Positions 25,038-35,828 of a DNA stretch of 64,000 bases are shown here, in pieces. A program made the position numbers and the translations under genes. Under the pieces are notes generated by a model. It saw nothing but the letters and a program-made list of their open reading frames with translations. It did not search any database and was not told the origin of the DNA. This stretch comes from Bacilli bacterium (GTDB lineage Bacteria; Bacillota_I; Bacilli_A; RF39; UBA660). The DNA lies in assembly GCA_045627525.1 (NCBI GenBank), contig JAZQNW010000001.1, forward strand, positions 120,270-184,269, given 5' to 3'. Within the stretch, counting starts at the first letter, position 1; each line of letters opens with the position of its first letter.

Positions 25038-27575
25038 TTAATTAACTATTGTTACTAATGGTGTACCAGAATCAGTTCTTGGAATTGTAGAATTAGATCC
25101 ACCACTTCCTCCAAAAAATGAATTACCACTATTATCACCATCACTATTTGATTCATTTAAATTAGGCGGAACAATTCGCACTGTTCCATAATCATCATCC
25201 TTTTTGTTAACATCTACTGTTGGAACTACTGCTGTTTGATTAGCAGCAATATCTAAAGAACTTGGTATTGTAAAAGAATTTTGTGGAACTATTCCAGCTC
25301 TTTCATCTTCACTAGTAGTTGTAAAATCAGGTATAGCTGATTGCAAATTTACATTATCCATTGGAAATCCACCAACAGGTAGTGAAAAATTATTATTGAT
25401 ACCATTTAAAATATCATCAGTAAATGAGTTAGTATTTGACATCATATTTATTTTATTTAAATCAGCAACTCCTAAACCTGTAGTAACATTTGAATTATTT
25501 AAATTATTATTCACAGGAATATTATTGTTTTGAATATTACTACTATTATTCATTTCACTAGGTGGTTGTGGAATTGACAAAATAGCATCATTACTATTTT
25601 CTAAGAATGGATTTTTAGGAATATTATTCATCGAATTCACAGTAGGCACTGATGAAGTATTAGTTTGCTGTATAAAAGCAGGCTGTTGAGTAGGCATAGA
25701 AATAGGTGCAGATTGTTGAACTGGCATAGTACTAGGAATAGATGATTGAGGCATAGAATTAGAATTTACACTATTAGTATTACCTCCACTAGTATTAACA
25801 CTACCATTACCATTCCAAATAGATACAACATCACAGTTTCCACTCCAAGGAGCAGGATCTGGCATTTCCATTTTTACTATCAATGGTATTCTAAAAGCCA
25901 TACCAAAGCCTAAACAAGTACCAGCTTGTAAAGTTTTTTGCTTTTCAACTATTTCATCACTGATATTTGGAACCATCTTTCGAATATAATCAACATCAAC
26001 TGGATGGTTCATTTTAAATATTAAGAAATTTGAACATTGAGATATAACAGTATCAGAAAGTTCTACTGGTCTCTGAGAAATAAGTCCCAAAATAACACCA
26101 TATTTACGTCCTTCTTTAGCAATTCTTTCAAACACATTATATCCAATTAAAAATCTATCTGTATCATTTTGAATATATCTATGAGCTTCCTCAACTATAA
26201 TATGAAAAGGTATACTAGCTCTATTTGGTAAAGCCTTAGAAAATTCAAATATCAATCTTGAATAAATTTTAGTAATAACTTTTGCAAAATCATCATCTAC
26301 ATCATCTAAATTTATATTAATAATTTGATATTTATTATTATTACTAATTAACATAGATGATAAATAAGATTCTAATGTAATATATTCAGGATAATCAAAG
26401 AATTTTGCATTTTCACCAACAATTAGTGAATGCAATCTAACTTTAATAGTAACAGCATCACCATAAGTATTTTCATTTCTTAACCATCCTTCACTAATTA
26501 AAGTAAAGTTTAAAGCTTTTTCTAATGTATCTAAATCAAAATACACTCCACCTTTAGGCTCATAATTATCATATTCTGCTTTAATAAAAGATGAAACATA
26601 CTCAGTTAATAAAACACTTTCGGAAAATTGACCTTGATTATCAATTAAAAAACATTCTCTAAATTTTCTTGTATATCCAATTCCTTGCACTGGAGCTTCT
26701 AAATTAAACTGTTGAGTAGAACAACTTGCTAAAATTGAAAAAATCTCATTTCTCTTATTAGGAGAAGTTTCATTAGTATAAAGAATAGTCATAATTGCCT
26801 TAGCAATTAAATGATTTTTATAATTTTCAGCATCCATGTCTTTTTGAGAAAATATCAATGCTAGTTTCAACATTCTTTCAATTATAGGTAATTGTGAATG
26901 GTTAGTAACTTGTAACAATAAAGCAAGATCATCTACATTTAATAAAAAGATTGGAAGTCTTAATTTTTCAGCATTTGTACCAACTTCATTAGTACTATAA
27001 AAACGATAATGATAATTGGAATTTATACTATTCAAATTACTAAAGGCATTATAATATTCACCAGAAGAGTCAAACATTATAATATTGGCTTTATATGGGA
27101 AAAGTCTTTGATCATGAAACATATTTTGAAATAATCTAGAAATACCACAACTCTTACCAGAACCACTATTACCAAAAATGGCAAAATGATTACTGAAAAA
27201 ATTATTTACATCTAAAAACACGGGATAATCATTATAAAACGGACTAACCCCAAGTTTCATATATCCTTGAGCATCTTGACCAGTAATTAAAGGAACTTCA
27301 CTCTGATCTATTACTCTAACTTTAGCATCCAAAGATGGTTTACGTATAACCCCGCCCATCAATTTACCATTTACGATTTCACCTAAAAATCTAATTTTTA
27401 CAATGTCACCATCTAAATCATCTACTTCACCCAAAATTTTCTTCAAATTATCTTCAAAAATAACATGAAGATTCATTAAGTTGATAGTAACATTAGTTCC
27501 TTCAACTAATTTAACATTAGCAGAATGGTCACTTATATAAATTATTCTATCAAACATAAAAAAAGCCCCTTCCAT
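25038..27575 (-). CDS. HerA-type ATPase of the FtsK/HerA P-loop superfamily (DUF87-like). It has an N-terminal HAS-barrel and a roughly 280-aa disordered Asn/Ser/Pro/Gln-rich C-terminal tail.
   Basis: Walker A is FAIFGNSGSGKS. Walker B (DEAH-type) is HIIVEEAHRY. The arginine-finger region is ILGLISQRPVELSDTVISQCSNFLIFKMNHPVD, matching the HerA signature. The N-terminal beta-barrel region is VKLVEGTNV...GDIVKIRFLGEI. The low-complexity tail starts near residue 565. Confidence 0.7.
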   Translation of the reverse strand: MEGAFFMFDRIIYISDHSANVKLVEGTNVTINLMNLHVIFEDNLKKILGEVDDLDGDIVKIRFLGEIVNGKLMGGVIRKPSLDAKVRVIDQSEVPLITGQDAQGYMKLGVSPFYNDYPVFLDVNNFFSNHFAIFGNSGSGKSCGISRLFQNMFHDQRLFPYKANIIMFDSSGEYYNAFSNLNSINSNYHYRFYSTNEVGTNAEKLRLPIFLLNVDDLALLLQVTNHSQLPIIERMLKLALIFSQKDMDAENYKNHLIAKAIMTILYTNETSPNKRNEIFSILASCSTQQFNLEAPVQGIGYTRKFRECFLIDNQGQFSESVLLTEYVSSFIKAEYDNYEPKGGVYFDLDTLEKALNFTLISEGWLRNENTYGDAVTIKVRLHSLIVGENAKFFDYPEYITLESYLSSMLISNNNKYQIININLDDVDDDFAKVITKIYSRLIFEFSKALPNRASIPFHIIVEEAHRYIQNDTDRFLIGYNVFERIAKEGRKYGVILGLISQRPVELSDTVISQCSNFLIFKMNHPVDVDYIRKMVPNISDEIVEKQKTLQAGTCLGFGMAFRIPLIVKMEMPDPAPWSGNCDVVSIWNGNGSVNTSGGNTNSVNSNSMPQSSIPSTMPVQQSAPISMPTQQPAFIQQTNTSSVPTVNSMNNIPKNPFLENSNDAILSIPQPPSEMNNSSNIQNNNIPVNNNLNNSNVTTGLGVADLNKINMMSNTNSFTDDILNGINNNFSLPVGGFPMDNVNLQSAIPDFTTTSEDERAGIVPQNSFTIPSSLDIAANQTAVVPTVDVNKKDDDYGTVRIVPPNLNESNSDGDNSGNSFFGGSGGSNSTIPRTDSGTPLVTIVN

Positions 27576-27595
27576 TCTTTCCCTATCTTAATATG

Positions 27596-27624
27596 ATTAT
27601 ACAAATAAATTAATAATTTTACAA
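27596..27624 (-). promoter_or_regulatory. Sigma-A-like promoter of the HerA-like gene
   Basis: On the minus strand the sequence is TTGTAA, a 17-nt spacer, then TATAAT. It lies between the ylxM terminator and the HerA-like start. Confidence 0.5.
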
Positions 27625-27625
27625 G

Positions 27626-27658
27626 AAAAAAAGATAAGAATATTTAAATCTTATCTAA
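27626..27658 (-). terminator. Terminator after ylxM
   Basis: Hairpin agataagat-ttaaata-ttcttatct plus T-run on minus strand. Confidence 0.55.
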
Positions 27659-27662
27659 ACTA

Positions 27663-27959
27663 CTAATATAATAAATCAGTTAAATTTGATTTTAATTTTT
27701 CATCTTGAATATTTTCAATTATTTCATTAAGAATTTTGCTTTTTTCTCTCAACTTAAGTATAGATTCATAATAATTTAATTTATCAGTAACGTTTTTAAC
27801 CTGCTTATGTATAGCATTTCTACTTACACCATAATTTTCTGCCATCTCACTAAGACTTAAATTGTTAAAATAATAATTTTCAAAATACTCTTTTTGTTTA
27901 TATGTAAGTAATTCACCATACAAATCATATAATTCAGTAAAATAAATAACTTCTTCCAT
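27663..27959 (-). CDS. ylxM: YlxM/UPF0122 putative DNA-binding protein (ffh-operon partner)
   Basis: ELYDLYGELLTYKQKEYFENYYFNNLSLSEMAENYGVSRNAIHKQV matches the YlxM consensus (LfDFYg.LLT.KQ...elYY.dDLSL.EIAE...VSRQAV). Confidence 0.8.
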   Translation of the reverse strand: MEEVIYFTELYDLYGELLTYKQKEYFENYYFNNLSLSEMAENYGVSRNAIHKQVKNVTDKLNYYESILKLREKSKILNEIIENIQDEKLKSNLTDLLY

Positions 27960-27961
27960 AA

Positions 27962-28216
27962 TTAGCTCCTCATAATTCCAACTACATCAAGTGCTATTAA
28001 AAATATACCTATCAATATATATATAATTGTAACTATATTTTTTTTATAAAACAATTGATTATTTACAGCCATTATAAACAAGTCTATGCCTAAAATTAAT
28101 TCTAAAAATATCCATAAATCTCTATTAACTAAAAAAGCTATAAATAAAAATATTGTAAAAATCGTTAGTATTAGTTGGCTCATACTAAAAATTTCTTTTA
28201 ATTTTTTATGTTTCAT
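27962..28216 (-). CDS. Small 2-TM membrane protein, hypothetical
   Basis: Two hydrophobic helices; between ftsY and ylxM. Confidence 0.35.
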   Translation of the reverse strand: MKHKKLKEIFSMSQLILTIFTIFLFIAFLVNRDLWIFLELILGIDLFIMAVNNQLFYKKNIVTIIYILIGIFLIALDVVGIMRS

Positions 28217-28225
28217 CTAAATCAC

Positions 28226-29272
28226 CTACAATAAATCTTTGAATAAACCATAAATATATTTTTCAATATCAAAAACCTGTAAATCTTCCTTAGCTTCACC
28301 TAAACCAATAAATTTAACTGGTAATCCTACATTTTCTTTTATTGCAAGCACAATTCCACCTTTAGCAGTACCATCAAGTTTTGTTAAAACTATTCCTGTA
28401 ATATCAGTTATTTCTTTAAATGCTTTAGCTTGGCTTATTCCGTTTTGACCAGTAGTAGCATCTATTATTAGTAAAGTTTCATGTGGACCATTTTCAACTT
28501 GTGCACTAATTACTTTATTTATTTTTTCTAATTCATTCATTAAATTTACTTTATTTTGTAATCTACCAGCAGTGTCTATTAATACAACATCATAATTATC
28601 ATCCTTAGCTTTTGCCAAACCATCAAAAACAACACTAGCTGGATCACTATCATCTTTGCCATAAAACCCAACATCTATTTTTTTGCTCCACTCTTCTAAC
28701 TGTTTTACAGCACCTGCTCTAAATGTATCAGCTCCAACTAATAAAACCTTTTTTCCTTCATTCTTCATATTCCAAGCTAATTTTCCGATAGTAGTAGTTT
28801 TACCAACACCATTTACACCAACTACTAGAATAACTGTTGGAGATTCTTTTGAATAATTAATTTTACTAGATAGAACTTCATCATTAACATAAATTATAAA
28901 TAATTCATCAACAATTATTTCTTTAAGATCATCAGGATTTTCTATAGATTCTTTTTTTACACGATCCTTCAATCTATCAACAAAATCCATTACAGTATTA
29001 ACACCTATGTCAGCCATTATAAGTATTTCTTCTAACTCTTCAAAATATTCTTCATTTATTTTTTTATATTTATTAGTAAGATTAGCAAGTTTCGAAACAA
29101 AGTCATGTCTAGATTTAGTTAAACCTTTTTCATAAACTTTTACGCTTTTTTTATCATTCTCTGATAATTTTACACCATCGTTTTTATTATCTATAGACTT
29201 TTCGTTTTTTTCAATGTCTTTTTCTAAAGATGCATCTTTAAACATATTTTTAATTTTACTAAACAATCCCAT
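28226..29272 (-). CDS. ftsY: SRP receptor FtsY
   Basis: The NG domain is present (GVNGVGKTTTIGKLA, DTAGR, TKLDGTAKGG). The probable start is MGLFSKIKNMF with RBS agaggtga. Confidence 0.95.
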   Translation of the reverse strand: MGLFSKIKNMFKDASLEKDIEKNEKSIDNKNDGVKLSENDKKSVKVYEKGLTKSRHDFVSKLANLTNKYKKINEEYFEELEEILIMADIGVNTVMDFVDRLKDRVKKESIENPDDLKEIIVDELFIIYVNDEVLSSKINYSKESPTVILVVGVNGVGKTTTIGKLAWNMKNEGKKVLLVGADTFRAGAVKQLEEWSKKIDVGFYGKDDSDPASVVFDGLAKAKDDNYDVVLIDTAGRLQNKVNLMNELEKINKVISAQVENGPHETLLIIDATTGQNGISQAKAFKEITDITGIVLTKLDGTAKGGIVLAIKENVGLPVKFIGLGEAKEDLQVFDIEKYIYGLFKDLL

Positions 29273-29420
29273 ACTATCACCTCTATTTACAATATAGTTA
29301 TTTTTATTGAAAAACTTTTCTAGTTCAAACAATCAAAACTATCAAATTTATTGTATCAAAATGTCAAATTAAAGTCTACTAAATAGATATGTAAAATAAA
29401 AAATACTAACTAAAGAAAAG

Positions 29421-29449
29421 TAGACAAACAAAAAAAAGTATAGTATAAT
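29421..29449 (+). promoter_or_regulatory. Candidate sigma-A promoter of the RNase J gene
   Basis: TAGACA - 17 nt - TATAAT about 40 nt upstream of the RBS. Confidence 0.45.
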
Positions 29450-29490
29450 TTCATAGTTAGTTCTTTAAATAACTTAAGAAAGGAGTTTAT

Positions 29491-31167
29491 ATGATTAAAC
29501 AAAAAACCAATGAAACTAAAATTATTGTTTTAGGTGGTTTAGGAGAAGTCGGAAAAAATATGTATTGTGTAATGCATAAAGACTCAATTATTATTATCGA
29601 TGCCGGTGTTAGTTTTCCTGAAAGTGAACTTATGGGAATAGACTATGTATTACCAGATTTCACATTTTTAAAAGAAAATGAAAGTAAAATTAAAGCTTTA
29701 TTTATAACTCATGGACATGAAGACCATATAGGTGGAATACCTTATCTTCTTCAAAGTATTAATATTCCGGCTATTTACGCTCCTAATCACGCTAAAGAAT
29801 TAATTGCAGTAAAATTACAAGATCGTAATATAAGATATGATAATTTATATGTTTACAATGAAAATACAAGATTAAAATTTAAAGATATTGAAGTTGAATT
29901 TTTTAGAACTACTCACTCTATTCCAGATTCACATGGAATAAGTATAACTACTCCAGACGGAAGAATAGTAACAACAGGAGACTATAAATTTGACTTAACA
30001 CCTATAGGACCAATGGCTGACTTATATAAAATGGCCTGCCTAGGAGAAAAAGGTGTTGATGTTTTAATAGGCGATTCAACAAATGCCTTAAATGAAGGCT
30101 TTTCAAATAGTGAATCAAAAGTTGACGAAACTTTAGGGGAAATGTTTGATAAATGTAAAAATAATCGTATTATCATCGCTACTTTTGCTTCCAATATATA
30201 TCGTGTAAAACACATATTTGAAACATGTTATAAGCATAATCGTAGAATTTGTATATTTGGACGTAGTATGGAAAATAACATCAACATTTCTATTAACGGT
30301 GGATATATTGACCATAAGGAATTGCTTATTTCACCAGAAGAAGCTAATAATTTAAAACCTGGAGAAGTTGCTATTTTATGTACCGGTTCTCAAGGTGAAC
30401 CCCTAGCAGCACTATCTAGAATTTCAAATGGCACACATAAACAAATAAAATTAAGACCTGATGATGTAGTAATTTTCTCATCAAGTGCTATTCCAGGAAA
30501 TGCTTTAAGTATTTCAAAAACAATTAACAAATTATATTTAAAAGGCGTAAAAGTTTATACAAATGATAATTTAGGTGATTTACATACATCAGGACACGCT
30601 AATGAAGAAGAAATCAAATTAATGATTAGACTTTTAAAACCTAAATACTTAATGCCATTTCACGGAGATTATAGAATGCTAAAAAAACAAGCTAATATAG
30701 GTATTGACTGTGGAATTCCAAAAGAAAATACATTTATTCTTAAAAATGGTGATAGTTTAGTCTTAAAAAATCATGTTATCACAAAAGGCGATAGTATGCC
30801 CGGAGCTGATATATATGTAGACGGTAACCGTATAGGTGAAGTTGGAAGTGCAGTATTAAAAGATCGTAAAATTATGGCTAATGATGGTATATTAGTAGTA
30901 ATAGCTAATATTGATATGAAAAACAGACAACTATTAATCAAGCCTAATATTACTACTAGAGGTTTCATACTTGTAAATGAAAACGAAGAACTAATTCATA
31001 AAATTGAAAACAAAGCTGAAGAAATAATTCTTAGAGATTTACAAGATTCAAGAATAAATTACACAGCATTAAAAACAAGTATAACTGAACAATTATATCC
31101 ATTTATTAATGAATTAACTGGCAGAAAGCCAATAATTTTACCAATATTTTTAGACATAAAGAGATAA
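29491..31167 (+). CDS. rnj: Ribonuclease J (metallo-beta-lactamase/beta-CASP)
   Basis: HGHEDHIGG motif, beta-CASP motifs, length 558 aa. Confidence 0.95.
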   Translation: MIKQKTNETKIIVLGGLGEVGKNMYCVMHKDSIIIIDAGVSFPESELMGIDYVLPDFTFLKENESKIKALFITHGHEDHIGGIPYLLQSINIPAIYAPNHAKELIAVKLQDRNIRYDNLYVYNENTRLKFKDIEVEFFRTTHSIPDSHGISITTPDGRIVTTGDYKFDLTPIGPMADLYKMACLGEKGVDVLIGDSTNALNEGFSNSESKVDETLGEMFDKCKNNRIIIATFASNIYRVKHIFETCYKHNRRICIFGRSMENNINISINGGYIDHKELLISPEEANNLKPGEVAILCTGSQGEPLAALSRISNGTHKQIKLRPDDVVIFSSSAIPGNALSISKTINKLYLKGVKVYTNDNLGDLHTSGHANEEEIKLMIRLLKPKYLMPFHGDYRMLKKQANIGIDCGIPKENTFILKNGDSLVLKNHVITKGDSMPGADIYVDGNRIGEVGSAVLKDRKIMANDGILVVIANIDMKNRQLLIKPNITTRGFILVNENEELIHKIENKAEEIILRDLQDSRINYTALKTSITEQLYPFINELTGRKPIILPIFLDIKR

Positions 31168-31192
31168 TTAATTATCTCTTTTTTAATTGAAA
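31160..31192. terminator. Terminator after rnj
   Basis: Hairpin agagataatt-aattatctct followed by TTTTTT. Confidence 0.6.
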
Positions 31193-31543
31193 ATATAAAT
31201 CATTTTTTATTGCTAAAACAAAATTTTGATAATCACATTGAGTAAATAAAGCCAACTGAAAATAAAACATTCTCTCCCATTTAGAATCAACTTTAATTAA
31301 TTCTAAATAATACTCCCATTTTAAACTATTTAATTTATCATAAAAAATAGGAAAACATAAATAAAATTGTTGCATTGAATAAATATTAATTCTATCAAAA
31401 CAATCTGTAACACCAAAATAGTATTGATAATACTCCGAATATTTTTTAATAGAGTTAGAATACTTATTCTGATTTAAAAATACTTTTTTTCCTATATTCC
31501 AAAATATAAATAGTCGATTTTTATTGTTTAATATTTTAATCAC
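31172..31543 (-). CDS. Hypothetical 123-aa protein
   Basis: ORF only; Tyr/Phe-rich, no motifs. Confidence 0.3.
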   Translation of the reverse strand: MIKILNNKNRLFIFWNIGKKVFLNQNKYSNSIKKYSEYYQYYFGVTDCFDRINIYSMQQFYLCFPIFYDKLNSLKWEYYLELIKVDSKWERMFYFQLALFTQCDYQNFVLAIKNDLYFQLKKR

Positions 31544-31591
31544 CTCACTATATTATTATCAAAAAATAATAATATAACAAAAAAAAGAAGC

Positions 31592-33148
31592 CTATCTAGC
31601 TTCTTCTTGTGCTCTTGTTTCACGTACTACTGTAATCTTTACAGTACCAGGATATTTCATAGTTGCCTCTATTTTTTCTTTTACTTCACGAGCTATTTGA
31701 TGTGCACCTAAATCATCAACATCTTCAGGTTTTACAATTACTCTTAATTCTCGACCAGCTTGTACAGCAAATGCTTTATCAACACCTTCTATTTGATTAC
31801 CAACTTCTTCAAGCTGAGTCAAACGTTGAATATAGTTTTCTAAAGAATCATTACGAGCACCAGGACGAGATGCAGACAATGCATCAGCTATAGCAACTAT
31901 TGTAGATATTACACTAGTTGCTTGAGTATCACCGTGATGTGAAGCAATAGAATTTATAACTACTTCATTCTCTTTATATTTTTTAGCAATATCAACGCCA
32001 ATTTCAACATGACTACCTTCAATTTCATGATCAATTGCTTTACCTATATCATGTAATAACCCAGCTCTTTTTGCTAAAGAAACGTTTTCCCCTAATTCCC
32101 CAGCTAACAATCCTGATAACTGAGCAACTTCAATTGAATGTTGTAATGCATTTTGACCATAACTAGTTCTAAAATGTAACTTACCTATTGTTTCAATTAA
32201 ATCTGGATCAAATTTTGTTAGTCCCAATTCAAATGTAGCTTCTTGACCATAATCAATAATTTTTTGTTTCATATCTTTGCAAACTTTATCATATAACTCT
32301 TCAATACGAGTAGGATGAATTCTACCATCTTTAATTAAACTTTCCAAAGTAACTCTAGCAATTTCTCTTCTTAAAGGATCAAAACTAGATAAAACTACCG
32401 CTTCAGGAGTATCATCAATAATTAAATCTACACCTGTAATTGCTTCTATAGTACGAATATTACGACCTTCACGACCAATAATTCTACCTTTCATTTCATC
32501 AGTTGGTAAATCTACAACTGTAACTGTTTGATCACTCGCAATATCAGCTGCATATTTTTGCATAGAACTAACAATTAATTCACGAGCTGTTTTATCAGCT
32601 GTTAACCTTGCCTCATTTTCAGCCTCACGAATATATTCAGTTATTTCTTTACTCATATTTTCTCTTACTTGACTCATAACTAATTCACGAGCCTTTTCTT
32701 TACTGAAACCTGAAATTTTTTCCAATAAATCTAATTGTTCTTTTTTTATTTCATCCACTTTACTCTTTTCAACTTGGATTTCATCTAAACGATCTGAAAG
32801 CTTAGCTTCTCTTTCTTCAAGAGATGCTTCACGTTTTTGAAACATTTCATCACGCTTATCAATATTCGCTTCACGCTGAAGCAAACGTTGTTCAGACGCT
32901 TTCATTTCCTCTTTTTTTTCACGAATTTCTTTATCTAAATCCATTTTGATTTTATGAGCTTCTTCTTTTTGTTCAATAGCAGCATCCCTTTTGATTTTAT
33001 CAACATCTTTTTTCGCTTGATTAATCATATTCTCTGCTTTTTTTACTGCTTTACTCACTTTTAAACTATTTATAACAAAAGCTATTATAAATCCAACTAG
33101 CAATCCAACTGCTATAAGTAAAATGGAGAATCCTATATTGTTTTCCAT
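31592..33148 (-). CDS. rny: Ribonuclease Y
   Basis: It has an N-terminal TM, a coiled coil, a KH domain and an HD domain ([10 protein letters not shown]). The start is MENNIGF after GGAGGAA. Confidence 0.95.
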   Translation of the reverse strand: MENNIGFSILLIAVGLLVGFIIAFVINSLKVSKAVKKAENMINQAKKDVDKIKRDAAIEQKEEAHKIKMDLDKEIREKKEEMKASEQRLLQREANIDKRDEMFQKREASLEEREAKLSDRLDEIQVEKSKVDEIKKEQLDLLEKISGFSKEKARELVMSQVRENMSKEITEYIREAENEARLTADKTARELIVSSMQKYAADIASDQTVTVVDLPTDEMKGRIIGREGRNIRTIEAITGVDLIIDDTPEAVVLSSFDPLRREIARVTLESLIKDGRIHPTRIEELYDKVCKDMKQKIIDYGQEATFELGLTKFDPDLIETIGKLHFRTSYGQNALQHSIEVAQLSGLLAGELGENVSLAKRAGLLHDIGKAIDHEIEGSHVEIGVDIAKKYKENEVVINSIASHHGDTQATSVISTIVAIADALSASRPGARNDSLENYIQRLTQLEEVGNQIEGVDKAFAVQAGRELRVIVKPEDVDDLGAHQIAREVKEKIEATMKYPGTVKITVVRETRAQEEAR

Positions 33149-33189
33149 AAATTCCTCCATCTAGACCATAAAAATAATAATCTAATTAT

Positions 33190-33218
33190 ATTGTAGTTTT
33201 ATTTTTTTTGCTTGTCAA
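33190..33218 (-). promoter_or_regulatory. Sigma-A promoter of rny
   Basis: Minus strand TTGACA - 17 nt - TACAAT, about 35 nt upstream of RBS. Confidence 0.55.
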
Positions 33219-33242
33219 GGAAAAGAAAAAGCACATACGTGC

Positions 33243-34643
33243 TTAATCAAAATACTTTTTTATTGTATCATAGTCAGAATATTTAATTTTTTTATTTCCT
33301 ATAGCCATATAATTATCACGACCTTTACCAATAATTAAAACAGCATCACCTGATTTAGCCATTGAAAAAGCACTATAAATTGCTTCTTTCCTATCAACAA
33401 TTATGTCATAATTTTTCAATGGACTGTTATCTATCATTTGATCTATTATGTCATAAACCGATTCATTCCGTGGATCATCCATAGTAAAAATAACAAATCC
33501 TGCATTTTCTAATAATAATTTCCCTATTTTACTTCTTTTTTCTTTTTCACGACCACCTGCTGCTCCAGTAACAACAATAACTCTATTATATTTTTTATAT
33601 TCATCCAATATATTCTTAATAGCGTTATAAGTATGAGCATAATCTAAAACAATTTCATAACTCTGACCAAAATTTAATTTTTCTCCCCGACCAATAATAG
33701 TAGATATATTATTTATTCTATTAATGATTTTTTCAGCAGGAATATCTTTATACTTGCAAATTAAAAAAGCAAGTGTCAAATTAAAAGAATTATATTTACC
33801 ATTCAAAGGACTAACAATATTATAATTAATACCATTTTTATCACTAATATTAAATTCTATTCCATTTTCTTTTTTAGCAAAATTAGAAATTATGAAGTCA
33901 TTTGATAAAGAATATCCAAAATGTATAACACGTTTATCGACAATTTTTTTACAATTATTGTCATCACCATTTACAAAAATTATTCCTTCATCTTTTAAAT
34001 AATCTATCAACTTAAATTTAGATTGACAGTAATTATCAATATTACCATGAATATTTAAATGGTCTTCAGTAATATTAGTATAAGCAATTACATCAAATTT
34101 TAATTTATTTATTCTCCCATGTAAAAGAGCCTCACTTGACACTTCCATTACAACATCTTTACACTTACGTTTTTTTATTTGATAAAAACATTCATATAAT
34201 TCAAAAATACATGGAGTAGTATTAGAAGTATCAAAATGTTCACCATCAATATCGACACCATTTGTACCTATATATGCTATTTTATGAAAAGATTCAACAA
34301 TTTTATCTATAAGAGAAGCAGTTGTAGTTTTACCATCAGTACCTGTAATACCAATTATATTAAAATCATCCGGATTAATATCAAAATATTTTTGACATAA
34401 ATCAGAAAATATATCATCAACATTATCCATTACTACTAAAGGAACAGGTAAATCTAATTTCCTATCAGCAATAACAGCAACCGCTCCATTAGCAATTGCA
34501 TCATTAATAAAATTAGTATGATCAACATTAAAACCATGTGTAGCTACAAACAAATATCCGGGTTTGACTTTTCTAGAATCATCAGCTATTCCAGCTATTT
34601 CAATATCAAAAATACAATCTACAATATCACAAAGTTTTTTCAT
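33243..34643 (-). CDS. murE: Mur ligase family protein, most likely UDP-N-acetylmuramoyl-L-alanyl-D-glutamate--2,6-diaminopimelate/L-lysine ligase (MurE-like)
   Basis: Mur ligase P-loop (GITGTDGKTTT) and central/C-terminal ligase domains are present. The start is MKKLCDI after GGAGG. Specific substrate assignment is uncertain. Confidence 0.6.
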   Translation of the reverse strand: MKKLCDIVDCIFDIEIAGIADDSRKVKPGYLFVATHGFNVDHTNFINDAIANGAVAVIADRKLDLPVPLVVMDNVDDIFSDLCQKYFDINPDDFNIIGITGTDGKTTTASLIDKIVESFHKIAYIGTNGVDIDGEHFDTSNTTPCIFELYECFYQIKKRKCKDVVMEVSSEALLHGRINKLKFDVIAYTNITEDHLNIHGNIDNYCQSKFKLIDYLKDEGIIFVNGDDNNCKKIVDKRVIHFGYSLSNDFIISNFAKKENGIEFNISDKNGINYNIVSPLNGKYNSFNLTLAFLICKYKDIPAEKIINRINNISTIIGRGEKLNFGQSYEIVLDYAHTYNAIKNILDEYKKYNRVIVVTGAAGGREKEKRSKIGKLLLENAGFVIFTMDDPRNESVYDIIDQMIDNSPLKNYDIIVDRKEAIYSAFSMAKSGDAVLIIGKGRDNYMAIGNKKIKYSDYDTIKKYFD

Positions 34644-34723
34644 ATTTCCTCCTAAATTATTATATGACAATTAATAAAAATAGCATAAAAAAATTATATA
34701 ACTAAAAAAAAAGAAAAGCAATT

Positions 34724-35758
34724 CTACTTTTCTTTCTTCTCTTTATCATCAGGAATAGTAATATCGTAATATTCCCTTACCTTTTTTTCAAGTTCCTCTT
34801 TTAACTCAATATTGTCTTTTAATAAAAGTTTAACATTTTCTTTACCTTGGCCCAATTTTTCATCTTGATATGAATACCAAGCCCCAGTCTTATTTATAAT
34901 ACCAGCTTCAGCTGCTAAATCTATAATTTCTCCTTCTCTTGATACACCTTCTCCATACATAATATCAACAACAGCAGTTTTAAATGGTGGTGCCACTTTA
35001 TTTTTAACAACTTTAATTGTTGTCTTATTACCAACAACCCCATCACCCATTTTTAGCTGTTCATTACGACGTATATCTAAACGAACTGAAGCATAAAATT
35101 TTAACGCTCTACCACCAGGAGTAGTTTCAGGATTACCAAACATAACTCCTACTTTTTCGCGTAACTGATTAATAAAAATACAAGTAGTATTAGTTTTATT
35201 AATGGTACCAGATAATTTTCTTAAAGCTTGAGACATTAAACGCGCTTGAAGTCCAACATGTGAATCACCCATTTCGCCATCAATTTCAGCCTGTGGAACT
35301 AAAGCTGCAACAGAATCAATAACAATAATACTAACAGCTTCACTTCTAACTAAAGCATCACATATTTCTAAAGCTTGCTCACCAGTATCTGGTTGAGAAA
35401 GTAACAACTCATCAATATTAACACCTAATCTTTCAGCATAAACTGGATCTAATGCATGTTCTGCATCAATAAATGCCGCTCTACCTCCAGCTTTTTGATG
35501 TTCAGCTATAGCCTGTAAAGCAAAAGTTGTTTTACCACTAGATTCAGGTCCATAAATTTCTATAATTCTACCACGAGGATATCCACCTACACCTAAAGCA
35601 ATATCTAAAGATAAACATCCACTAGAACAAACATCAACTTTTATATGCTTGTTATCACCAAGTTTCATAATTGATCCTTTACCAAATTGCTTTTCAATAT
35701 CATTTAATACTTGTTCTAAAGCTTTATCTTTAGACACTTCTTTACTAACTGTTTTCAT
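34724..35758 (-). CDS. recA: Recombinase RecA
   Basis: GPESSGKTT Walker A, L1/L2 loops, highly conserved throughout. Confidence 0.97.
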   Translation of the reverse strand: MKTVSKEVSKDKALEQVLNDIEKQFGKGSIMKLGDNKHIKVDVCSSGCLSLDIALGVGGYPRGRIIEIYGPESSGKTTFALQAIAEHQKAGGRAAFIDAEHALDPVYAERLGVNIDELLLSQPDTGEQALEICDALVRSEAVSIIVIDSVAALVPQAEIDGEMGDSHVGLQARLMSQALRKLSGTINKTNTTCIFINQLREKVGVMFGNPETTPGGRALKFYASVRLDIRRNEQLKMGDGVVGNKTTIKVVKNKVAPPFKTAVVDIMYGEGVSREGEIIDLAAEAGIINKTGAWYSYQDEKLGQGKENVKLLLKDNIELKEELEKKVREYYDITIPDDKEKKEK

Positions 35759-35828
35759 ATTTCCTCCTAAAGTTCAATAACTTACAAATCAATTGTATAA
35801 TATATTTAAATAAATTGCAACACTTTTT

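Noticed and set aside
25038-27575. HerA-like ORF as FtsK/SpoIIIE DNA translocase or conjugative coupling protein
   Set aside because: It has no N-terminal multi-TM domain and no gamma (winged-helix) domain. It has a HAS-barrel and a DEAH-type Walker B typical of HerA. There are no relaxase or T4SS genes nearby.
29982-30968. Three minus-strand ORFs (60-77 aa) inside rnj
   Set aside because: Antisense to highly conserved RNase J coding sequence
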